Below are positions 9,301 to 15,894 of a stretch of DNA of 20,000 nucleotides, piece after piece; position 1 is the stretch's first letter, and each line of letters starts with the position of its first letter. Made by a program: the position numbers and the translations under genes. Where the stretch lies: IMG/VR virus record IMGVR_UViG_3300033121_000902, one strand, 5' to 3'. The notes beneath the pieces are model-generated. The model was not told the DNA's origin and made no database searches. It saw nothing but the letters and a program-made list of their open reading frames with translations. Source of the stretch: an uncultured virus (IMG/VR IMGVR_UViG_3300033121_000902). Lineage: Duplodnaviria > Heunggongvirae > Uroviricota > Caudoviricetes.

Positions 9301-12300
9301 GTGCTGAATTAAGAGCTTCATTACCAACAGCGCAATTATTAGCTGGCAATAATGGTTTAAATCAGCAATTAGTAGATATTTTATCTAAATTTAGACCAAG
9401 AGAAGAAGTGGTAGCTGATTTACAAAAGCAACAATTACAAGCTATTCAAAGACAAAGAATACAGGCTGTACAAACAGAAGGAAGAATAGGAGTAGGTAGA
9501 GAACTTACAGTATTTGAAAGATTTTCATCTTCTATAGAAAATGTTTCTAGAGAAATGAATAAATTACAAATTGTCTCACAATCATTACAAGACGCTTTTG
9601 AAGGTGTCGTTTCAGTATCAAAGATAGCAATAAATGATAGAGCAGGTAACCTATTAGGAATAGGAAACCGTTTTGAAACAGAAAATGCTATAAATAATGT
9701 TGGGTCAGCATTCGGTTCTAATGGTTCTCAGTTAAGACAGTTTGGTAATGCTTTTGATGAAGTATCAAGAATTCTACCTGGAATTATAAGTCAAGTTGTT
9801 CAGCAAGGAGGGGGCTTACGAGATACAGAAACAACTGTAGATTCAAGAATCAGAAACCTTTTAACTGGTCAATTGGGTGGTGCAGCAAGAGTAGCAAACA
9901 ATCCAGAATTAAATGCTATTATTGGTGCTGTTTCAAGTCAAGCCTCAAACCTAAATTATGATAAACTTATCCAAGAAGGAAGACTCGATGCTGGTAAACT
10001 TATAGAAAAACTTTTATCTGATGCTGCACCATTCAAAGAACTTTTTAGCAGTTTAACAAAACAAATCGGAGAAGCAGCTAATAGATACAATGAAGAACTG
10101 GACAAACACCAAAAGCGTTTACAAAAAATCGGGGAACAGGAAGATAGAGTACGCCAACTCCAGTTGCAAGCTTTGCGGTTCTCCGTTGAGAGAAATCGTC
10201 CCGCTGCCTCTTCTGCTGATATTTTAAGCTTCCAACAGTTATCAGAACCCATAACTTTTAGAGCTAGAAGACTTGCAGAATTAGGTGGAGTTAATGGAAA
10301 TAATGCTGAAAACGCTTCAATATTAGGTTCTCAATTAAGAGATGTTAATTCTCGTATAGAATCTTCTCAAAGAAACTTACAAACAGCTTTTGATAGATTT
10401 GGATTAAATTCTCCACAGTACAAAGAAGCTGAACAAAGTTTGAGATTGCTAAAAAATCAATCAAACTCTTTAACTACAGCATTAACAGATTTAACAAATG
10501 CTGCAAAAGCTACAGCAGCACAGGAAAAACTTGCTATAATTAATAAAGATAGAGAAGGTAGATTATCATTTACAGAAAGATATATTACTAGTGATATAAC
10601 AAACAGAATTGAAACTCAGAGAAATTCTTATTTAACTTCTCAAGCTTTAAACCAAGGCAATTTATTATCTTTTAATGAAGAACAAAGAAGAGGAATACTA
10701 GATTTCTTATCTCAAACATCTGAAATTTCATTAACTGGATTTGGTGGTAAAAGAGGCAAAGAATTAAGAGATGATTTATTAGGAAATACAGCTTCGGCTT
10801 TAGGTCTTGGACAGCCTGTAAGAATTGCTAATGAAGGTGAACAACTGAGAGATGTTATTGCTAAAGCTTTTAATACTGCTATTGAAGCTGAAAGACAGTT
10901 AATAGATTCAAGAAGAGAACTTGATAATAATCTAATTTCTAATCTTGAAAGACAACAAAGAGAATTCTTTGACAGATTACTATTAAACAGCACTCAAGAT
11001 TTAAGAAGTCGTGCTGAAACCAATGTTTTAACCGGCGAATCTAGATTAGCTGAATCTAGAGTAGGTTTTGAAAACGCTAATAGATTAAGAAATTTAGGCA
11101 TTGTTAGACAGGAACAATTAGAAGCTTTGAGAACAGCTAAAGATGATTCTGGCAAAAATCTTTTAGAAAAATACGAAAGTAGTTTTAGATTAAGAAATCT
11201 AAATATACCTGAAAGAGTAAGGCAGATTATAGATAATAATCCAGATTTAGGAAGCGTTAATCGTGGAAATCCAGGTTTAGAACAATTAAGAGAAACTTTA
11301 GCACCATTAAGACTTAATGAAGATAAGTTAAATGAAATAATACGACTAGCTGGTAGCGTTAATACGGGTAATCCAACTAATAGACCAAGAATAGAACAGG
11401 TATTAGATAGAATCAGACAGCAAATTCCAGATGTTGTTAATACAAGAAATCAGTTAAGAGATAATACAGCAATACAAAATGAAGGTTTATCTGCTATAGC
11501 TAGAGGATTTTCTGATGGTACATTGACATCTCAACAATTATTAGGATTAGGAGAAGGTTTTAATCAGAATAATAGATTAGAAAACGCTTTTAATAATTTT
11601 CTAGATTCTACACTTGAATTAAGAAGATTAAAAGGTATTTTAGATAATTTTGATTTAACTATAAGAAATTTAAGTACAAGAATTAATGAAAATAGACCAG
11701 GATTTGTTGGACCTCCAACTCCAGGAGCAGGTTTAGCAACTGGTGGTATAATTGGTTCCAGCACACATTCTTCTATAGGTGGTCCTAGAGGAACCGATAC
11801 TGTACCAGCTTGGTTAACTCCTGGTGAGTTCGTAGTAAATAGAAAAGCTGCTCAAGCTAATTTAGGTTTATTACATGCTTTGAACGGCGGTCAACAAGGT
11901 GGTGGTGGATATTTTGCTTTAGGAGGTTTAGTAACTAGAGATAGATTATTTGCCGTTTTACAAAATTTAAGAGGTCGTAGAGCAAATAACACTGTTAATC
12001 CTTTTGGAGATGAAACAGGAGAACCAGATTTAGGATTTGCTGGTCAATTAGCTGATATTGCTGAAAAAGACGATGCTTTATTTAGAACTATATTTGAAAA
12101 TGCTAGAGTTGCAGCGTTCGGTTATTTAAAATTTAAACGAATGGAATTGTTTAATACACAAAGAGCTTTGGCTAATCCTGCTCAAAGAGGAGTTTTCGGA
12201 AACGATAGAGTAAATAGAAATAATCAATTGACTGAAAAATATAATGATTTATATAATGGTTTTTTGAATATTTCTCAAGAAAATACTCCTAATGAGACCG

Positions 12301-14045
12301 GAAAAGCTATAAATTATATTTCAAGATTACCAAAAGGTATAATAAATAATTTACGTTCTATTATTTATGGCAAGACTCAGCAGTTTGGTACTATTGACGC
12401 AATGAATGGTCAAATGTTGCAGAATTATTACATAAATACAACATTACCATATATTACTAATTATGTTAATTTAGCTAAAAGAGCTAGAGATGAGGCCGCA
12501 CAAAGATTACAAAATCCTGGAATTAATGAATTACAAAGAACAAATTATTCATTACAACAGAGAACAGCTGAAAGATTTATAGGAGATTTTGCGGACGCTC
12601 CTTTAGATAGAGCAGCTATAGTAAATGTTGCAGATAATTTGAATCCTCCAAATCAAGATAATATTAGAGCTAAATTATTAAAATATGCAAAATTATCATT
12701 AAGAGGAATAGTATTACCAAATTTTAGAGAAGGAGAAGATACTTTAAGAGTGTTCCCAGGATTAGCAGATTTAGGTGGAGCTATTGGTAATGTAGCAGGA
12801 AGAGAACAAGGTAGAGCAAACGCTGTTAATCAAGCTAGAAATGAAGCTGCTGAAGCTGCTGATTTATTAACTAAAAGAAAAGATAATGAATCAAAGTTAA
12901 ATTTTGAAGAATATATTACCGCTAACAAAAACGCCCTTTTAGTTAGAGCTAGGGGTTTTGGTGGAGATATACCAGAAGATTTCATTAATGAAAAAGCAGC
13001 TGCGTTACAGAATGCAAGAAATTTATGGATTACAAACTATAAAACTAGAAATGATTTAATTCAAAGAGGGGTTGGAGGTTTCAATCGTTCTAGAACTGAA
13101 GACATTTTATTTAGTGAATATATAAGATTAAAAGATAATTTTAACACAGACGGATTAGCAAAAGAATTATCTTCTCGTCAGTTTGCTCGTGCTACAGCTG
13201 AAATAAATCCTAATTTGATAGACGACATTAGAACATTTTTAAGAACAATACCAGAAGGTGATAGTAACGTATTTGATTCTTTCAAAAAGACAGTTGAAGA
13301 AAAAAGAAATCTTTCAAATACATTGCAGGCAGTAACCGATGAATTTCCAGGAGTAATAGGAAGGGCAGATGCTCCACAAGAATTATTGCAATTGCAAACA
13401 CAATATGCTAATTCTTTAGTTGAATATAATCGCTTATCTAAAAAAGCTTTTGAAAGAGTATCAGCTAAGAGATTTGGTATAGAATTATTTACAGATAGTT
13501 CAAATATAGCTGATTTCTTAAGATTAGCTAGAGGAGGTTCTGTTCCAGGAACAGGATTTGGAGATAGTGTACCAGCATTATTAACTCCTGGAGAGTTCGT
13601 AATCAATAAAGCTGCTGCTAGTGCTATTGGATTTAGTAATCTTCAGAAAATGAATAGTGTTGCTAAATATGCTGATGGAGGAAATGTTTCTCCTTCTTCG
13701 CCAAGCATATTCAATCAAAACGTTGGAGGTTTATTTGGAAGAATCAATGTCAATAATATTGGTGGAGAAACAGAAAAAGTTGGTAGTACATTCTCTAATA
13801 GCGTTAAAGAATTAAACTCTGTATTTAATACTTTTGCTGGATTTATTAGTCCTTTAGTTGAAGCTTTAAAGAATTTCCCATCAACAATAACAGGAAGTTT
13901 TACTCATAACGTAAGCGTTAATTTAAACGGTGCTGAAATATTAAAGAATTTAGAACCAACAATTAAAGAATTGGTTGAAAATCAAACAGCCGAAGTTTTA
14001 AGAAATTATATCAGAAATAATCTTTACGAAGCAGGGCAGGTATAA
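3336..14045 (+). CDS. Giant tail tape measure protein with inserted nuclease-like and metallopeptidase domains (3569 aa)
   Basis: ATG 3336 follows GAGGA (3327-3331) and is preferred over TTG 3318, which lies in the terminator T tract. N-terminal region (~3800-4600; AVAFEREF...ITRLATSFGVSNKEL...LKQAGLS...ESAESIATGLRTIFTRL) has the pattern of the TP901-type TMP core. Hydrophobic/Gly-rich segments and long coiled-coil regions follow. Canonical gene position. Confidence 0.93.
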   Translation: MAGFNIVAQIQLQAPTNLSRIASQIRSSLQGINANINLNLSSGALNSINNLTSSINNLNASIRGLNTSTATLNTTFANFASNANRFNSAVSNTTSNLQAQAVAAVANAKAIKSASEAAEEFGKAAGLAGRRFLGFTLIAGSVAGTIVALKNAVTEAVAFEREFIKISQINNITAGELAALNNEITRLATSFGVSNKELVNTAVTLKQAGLSAKEITSAMEVLAKTTLAPSFENIRDTTEGVIAIMSQFKIEAKDVEIALGSINSVANSFAVESKDLISAVRRSGGAFKAVGGDLNEFISLFTSVRATTRESAESIATGLRTIFTRLQRSDTVSSLEQLGINLRYTREEAEALGQTNLEKQFVGAYEAVRRLSQGLAGLRSTDPRYSSVIEELGGYRQISKAIPLIQEFTLAQRALAVAQAGGTSITQAADKAQETFLVKLSKVKEEFLAFGRVVVSSQGFQSFLDTALKLGNAFVRIADALSPLIPLLTTLTAIKLTTNFASFFTGLSEGFSGRGPKRFATGGVVPGHGNSDTVPALLTPGEFVINKTAAQSIGYSNLNNISKFAAGGNVNFKVGKKNLSSDDVYFLYKLAAEKQNASKYLSPEINGVPNKTGINNQAYLKKLFGDGDYSTPAKVFSAFGFPGKGKNVQSLRQLRDDLERSSGFLQERNTLLAKGSSLVRGKTLYAPFGGDGIGYVTMPLGGGEKGKVGRDTLNAGIRVRELSIDNLGKKVNQNAKGLLEKAGIEKIVGAVNVYVMGSQPTAEFYNEILGEVSSNIQGIYTKKFGASRTSAFNKNQLSTISGYLFEKYIEGITGKPTAGETSDFEYTRSNLNSVLGPKFDQFVFPSPIKSNYIDLKSSYSRGNDSDIIKKYINSTSRTGKLLEALGQAPAKFATGGIVPGSGHGDTVPAMLTPGEFVIKKASAQAIGYDNLANINRYASGGTVQIRPPGGEIGVLTTESNAVKNSYDIVMPKSGFSQQNISKFNFKTGNYKVPNDNVAVRARNYIPFNQPQAVEFRSKLERRIIGDLSKLSKEFFPQQSINESYSSEILDKTLGTQGLGRMFEAVLQFAFAKQAPSKTGDIFDFVPPHSEGLSRFIGKNIYADAKYADTYFSRASILGKAVNAINAGLPGFDFTYPLLTQKEKTNVSKVASSSLTLSRGDEQSSLASDDFNKKIIPTPKKYAGGGVASLLTPGEFVVNKETASRVGPTALNYMNNNGRLPQKFATGGFVVNKASVFSAFKKIQDISGINFRDIGALNDIKLSSSPAVSNALGGQLSSEYRGIFYPVTKRVVINPNTVNSEESLLETLSHELGHSIDAQRASVLGTKSYYASNINGNTYRRYADRYQERLEKQYPQLYAKIIAQPENLRKYTFLPEENFANLFASYIDVNTRDRTAPIFEDFDKDILSKLRTKKFADGGYVENAVKLLNSRLRINNSRKIFNEVKVQDFYPDDSPLDGVAYANRNIYLNNRLNPTQLHETLLHEIGHTADSYFAANTYGIPVNELKPSYATSIKGNLFSGIVNREYIKQRNSLLGNTNEKAKETLGNLSQSRYEYMKYLFRKEELFAEAFKNFALGDDTHKKAFLKAFKGFNKGGKSEDTVPALLTPGEFVINKDSANRLGSNSLNYMNATGKIPGYNRGGEVRRYTSAGRVNIGSSRTADDFITSGYNRNLSVLDNSVASAIKLDSLTNSLIEITKKHVLSLNAGLTEQQAYNVGVERVNALLKTNFQLIANNKGELVGYTNRGFANQPVSKYSNDLRQSQQTNLNQLLEKLSNEAALKQNKPSFRERLSGIAGLLASTGVTYAASGLESLAGTAEQAALSGSGTAYSLAKAGSSALSSGATIGFAGGNVFGPIGAAIGGTIGALSGFITALTDANREILNAKIGLNIKKLGEQFEILNKVSLRDISVSNISVASSVIGDLLKDSRKRSISEATTLGVTNIPSFINASQKNDREVFQNSLPNFIEFLNKNIEEQAKNFVRNPENANLQGAELRASLPTAQLLAGNNGLNQQLVDILSKFRPREEVVADLQKQQLQAIQRQRIQAVQTEGRIGVGRELTVFERFSSSIENVSREMNKLQIVSQSLQDAFEGVVSVSKIAINDRAGNLLGIGNRFETENAINNVGSAFGSNGSQLRQFGNAFDEVSRILPGIISQVVQQGGGLRDTETTVDSRIRNLLTGQLGGAARVANNPELNAIIGAVSSQASNLNYDKLIQEGRLDAGKLIEKLLSDAAPFKELFSSLTKQIGEAANRYNEELDKHQKRLQKIGEQEDRVRQLQLQALRFSVERNRPAASSADILSFQQLSEPITFRARRLAELGGVNGNNAENASILGSQLRDVNSRIESSQRNLQTAFDRFGLNSPQYKEAEQSLRLLKNQSNSLTTALTDLTNAAKATAAQEKLAIINKDREGRLSFTERYITSDITNRIETQRNSYLTSQALNQGNLLSFNEEQRRGILDFLSQTSEISLTGFGGKRGKELRDDLLGNTASALGLGQPVRIANEGEQLRDVIAKAFNTAIEAERQLIDSRRELDNNLISNLERQQREFFDRLLLNSTQDLRSRAETNVLTGESRLAESRVGFENANRLRNLGIVRQEQLEALRTAKDDSGKNLLEKYESSFRLRNLNIPERVRQIIDNNPDLGSVNRGNPGLEQLRETLAPLRLNEDKLNEIIRLAGSVNTGNPTNRPRIEQVLDRIRQQIPDVVNTRNQLRDNTAIQNEGLSAIARGFSDGTLTSQQLLGLGEGFNQNNRLENAFNNFLDSTLELRRLKGILDNFDLTIRNLSTRINENRPGFVGPPTPGAGLATGGIIGSSTHSSIGGPRGTDTVPAWLTPGEFVVNRKAAQANLGLLHALNGGQQGGGGYFALGGLVTRDRLFAVLQNLRGRRANNTVNPFGDETGEPDLGFAGQLADIAEKDDALFRTIFENARVAAFGYLKFKRMELFNTQRALANPAQRGVFGNDRVNRNNQLTEKYNDLYNGFLNISQENTPNETGKAINYISRLPKGIINNLRSIIYGKTQQFGTIDAMNGQMLQNYYINTTLPYITNYVNLAKRARDEAAQRLQNPGINELQRTNYSLQQRTAERFIGDFADAPLDRAAIVNVADNLNPPNQDNIRAKLLKYAKLSLRGIVLPNFREGEDTLRVFPGLADLGGAIGNVAGREQGRANAVNQARNEAAEAADLLTKRKDNESKLNFEEYITANKNALLVRARGFGGDIPEDFINEKAAALQNARNLWITNYKTRNDLIQRGVGGFNRSRTEDILFSEYIRLKDNFNTDGLAKELSSRQFARATAEINPNLIDDIRTFLRTIPEGDSNVFDSFKKTVEEKRNLSNTLQAVTDEFPGVIGRADAPQELLQLQTQYANSLVEYNRLSKKAFERVSAKRFGIELFTDSSNIADFLRLARGGSVPGTGFGDSVPALLTPGEFVINKAAASAIGFSNLQKMNSVAKYADGGNVSPSSPSIFNQNVGGLFGRINVNNIGGETEKVGSTFSNSVKELNSVFNTFAGFISPLVEALKNFPSTITGSFTHNVSVNLNGAEILKNLEPTIKELVENQTAEVLRNYIRNNLYEAGQV
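4890..5039 (+). repeat. GG/PGEFV module copy 1
   Basis: FATGGVVPGHGNSDTVPALLTPGEFVINKTAAQSIGYSNLNNISKFAAGG. Confidence 0.95.
5040..6008 (+). other. TMP cargo 1: PD-(D/E)xK restriction-endonuclease-fold-like domain with N-terminal extension
   Basis: GYLFE (5739-5753), SDFEY and YIDLK (5889-5903) give the E...D...DxK order of this fold. Paralogous to cargo 2. Confidence 0.55.
6009..6158 (+). repeat. GG/PGEFV module copy 2
   Basis: FATGGIVPGSGHGDTVPAMLTPGEFVIKKASAQAIGYDNLANINRYASGG; same 150-nt length as copy 1. Confidence 0.95.
6159..6875 (+). other. TMP cargo 2: PD-(D/E)xK restriction-endonuclease-fold-like domain
   Basis: GRMFE (6510-6524), IFDF and YADAK (6636-6650). Confidence 0.6.
6876..7016 (+). 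repeat. GG/PGEFV module copy 3 (shortened)
   Basis: YAGGGVASLLTPGEFVVNKETASRVGPTALNYMNNNGRLPQKFATGG. Confidence 0.92.
7017..7574 (+). other. TMP cargo 3: zincin metallopeptidase domain
   Basis: RGIFY...VVINP...LLETLSHELGHSID (HELGH 7260-7274) and distal EENFA (7458-7472) helix that could supply the third Zn ligand. Confidence 0.85.
7575..7589 (+). repeat. Lone GG motif separating the two peptidase domains
   Basis: KK-FADGG without the PGEFV core. Confidence 0.8.
7590..8102 (+). other. TMP cargo 4: second zincin metallopeptidase domain
   Basis: DGVAY...IYLN...LHETLLHEIGHTAD (HEIGH 7779-7793) and distal EELFAE (8019-8036). Confidence 0.85.
8103..8255 (+). repeat. GG/PGEFV module copy 4
   Basis: FNKGGKSEDTVPALLTPGEFVINKDSANRLGSNSLNYMNATGKIPGYNRGG; its second half most resembles copy 3 (LNYMNxxGxxP). 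Confidence 0.92.
8700..8951 (+). other. Gly/Ala-rich hydrophobic (glycine-zipper-like) segment of the TMP
   Basis: LSGIAGLLASTGVTYAASG...GATIGFAGGNVFGPIGAAIGGTIGALSGFITAL, typical of membrane-interacting TMP segments. Confidence 0.75.
11733..11927 (+). repeat. GG/PGEFV module copy 5
   Basis: LATGGIIGSSTHSSIGGPRGTDTVPAWLTPGEFVVNRKAAQANLGLLHALNGGQQGGGGYFALGG. Confidence 0.92.
13524..13682 (+). repeat. GG/PGEFV module copy 6
   Basis: LARGGSVPGTGFGDSVPALLTPGEFVINKAAASAIGFSNLQKMNSVAKYADGG. Confidence 0.95.
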
Positions 14046-14491
14046 TGGGTTTCAAAATTTTACATAACACAAACGCTCCATTATTAATTGGAGATGGAGG
14101 ATATCTGCTTTGGTATCCTGAAAGCGGAACTTATATTCCATTTTCAGGAACGATGAATCTATTCATTGGTGGACAAGGGGAAGAAGTTTCAGCTTCAATT
14201 CCTCTTTTTATATGTAATGAATTTGTTGAAAATTATTTAGACCTTTTTATTGAAGGGCAGGGAAATACTCCTGGAGCAATACCTTTAAATAAAACTTTAA
14301 ATTTGGTTATAAAATGTCCTGTTTCAAGAGATATTGATTTATATATCAAAGGTAAAGATACATCTATATCCAACGAAATTAATCTCTTTGTTAAAGGTGC
14401 TAATACTATTAGCAATAATTTAGATTTGGTTATGCCTAACGTTTACGATAATATTAGTAATACTATAAACCTATATATACATGGATTTTAA
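14045..14491 (+). CDS. Small probable tail structural protein with short beta-strand repeats
   Basis: 148 aa; the ATG overlaps the TMP stop (TAATG). Eight hxL[FYV]h motifs: MNLFIGG, IPLFICN, LDLFIEG, LNLVIKC, IDLYIKG, INLFVKG, LDLVMPN, INLYIHG. Confidence 0.75.
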   Translation: MGFKILHNTNAPLLIGDGGYLLWYPESGTYIPFSGTMNLFIGGQGEEVSASIPLFICNEFVENYLDLFIEGQGNTPGAIPLNKTLNLVIKCPVSRDIDLYIKGKDTSISNEINLFVKGANTISNNLDLVMPNVYDNISNTINLYIHGF

Positions 14492-14493
14492 TC

Positions 14494-15891
14494 ATGCCAG
14501 TTCTTTATGATAACAAAAAGATAATTCCCGGTCCTTTTATTTCTATTAGAAGAGAAAATATTTCAACTGAAGCTGGAAGATTACGTAGACCAATATTTAG
14601 AATAACAGCTAAAGGCACTTTAAGTGTACATAAAGGTTCTCCTAATGAAGATGGAGATTTTTGGACAAATACAGGATATCCTCCAGATACTACTATTATT
14701 GATGCCGATAACAGATTGGCAATCATTAGAGATAAGCAAGGTGCTTTAACAGATTTGTTTAAAACTCAAGGTAAATTCTTTGAAATACAACCGTATGACG
14801 GTTCTTTATCTACTAAATTTATACCAAGAGTTTTATCAATAAATTTTGATGAAGGTAATTGGTTTGATAAATGTACTTATAGTATAGAAATGGAAGCTGA
14901 TTTTATTATTTTTGGTGATTTGCAAATACCAGAAGATTTAGATTCAAGTGACGATTTCGAAGAGTCATGGACTATAGATGCTAGTGATGAAAAACAACGA
15001 ACATTTAAGATGACTCATAATGTATCAGCACAATTTAAAGATAGATATAATATTGATGGTGGAGGAACATTAGATAAAAGAGGTTGGGAGATAGCTAAAG
15101 AAGTAGTTGAAAGCAAGATGGGTTTTTCTTCTCCAATTAGAAATAATTCAAATACTAGCGTAGATAGTTCTTATCAACCTTATAACCATGTTGTTCAAGA
15201 AGCCACTGACATAACAGGCGGTAAATACAGTATAATAGAAACATGGTTGCTCTATGATGGAGGAGTGTTCTTTGAAGAATATACTGTAAGTACAAGAACT
15301 AATAGTTTAGAAGGTAGTAGCACTGTATCAGTTGACGGAAATATTCAAGGTTTATCAACACAAGACGGTTTTGGAGATAGATGGACTAATGCAGAAAATG
15401 GTTGGATTACCATACAAGCTTTAATTTATTCTAGAGCTACTTCATTAAGCGGAGTAGCTACATTAGTATCAACTCCAGTAAGTTATGTAGTTGGTAAAAA
15501 TCAAAACCAAGGTACTATTACTTATAATTATGAATTTAGCAATACCAATGGTACTTCTATAGCTGGAGTTTTGAGAGAAACAATTACCGTACAAGATTCT
15601 TTTGCTACAGATATTGTTGCTAAGCATGTATGCGTTATGCGTAGTGTGGGTCCGGTATTACAACCAATTGGCACGCAGACAGAAAAAAGAAGAACTTTAA
15701 ACATTGAATGTCAAGTATCGCCAGCTTTGGGTAGCCCACCAACATATTCTTCAGCACCTAGCGTTACAGCTATAATTACAGAATATACTCCTACAGCACA
15801 ATACGAAGGCCCATTTGTTGATAGAAACGAAGAATCGTTTAGTAAGACTTCAGGACGTTATACAAGAACAGTTTCATGGTTTTGGGTGTAA
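14494..15891 (+). CDS. Probable distal tail / baseplate hub-type structural protein
   Basis: 465 aa, Thr/Ser/Gly-rich with alternating beta-strand patterns, 2 nt after the previous stop, in the usual post-TMP Dit position. Product inferred from gene order. Confidence 0.55.
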   Translation: MPVLYDNKKIIPGPFISIRRENISTEAGRLRRPIFRITAKGTLSVHKGSPNEDGDFWTNTGYPPDTTIIDADNRLAIIRDKQGALTDLFKTQGKFFEIQPYDGSLSTKFIPRVLSINFDEGNWFDKCTYSIEMEADFIIFGDLQIPEDLDSSDDFEESWTIDASDEKQRTFKMTHNVSAQFKDRYNIDGGGTLDKRGWEIAKEVVESKMGFSSPIRNNSNTSVDSSYQPYNHVVQEATDITGGKYSIIETWLLYDGGVFFEEYTVSTRTNSLEGSSTVSVDGNIQGLSTQDGFGDRWTNAENGWITIQALIYSRATSLSGVATLVSTPVSYVVGKNQNQGTITYNYEFSNTNGTSIAGVLRETITVQDSFATDIVAKHVCVMRSVGPVLQPIGTQTEKRRTLNIECQVSPALGSPPTYSSAPSVTAIITEYTPTAQYEGPFVDRNEESFSKTSGRYTRTVSWFWV

Positions 15892-15894
15892 AAA

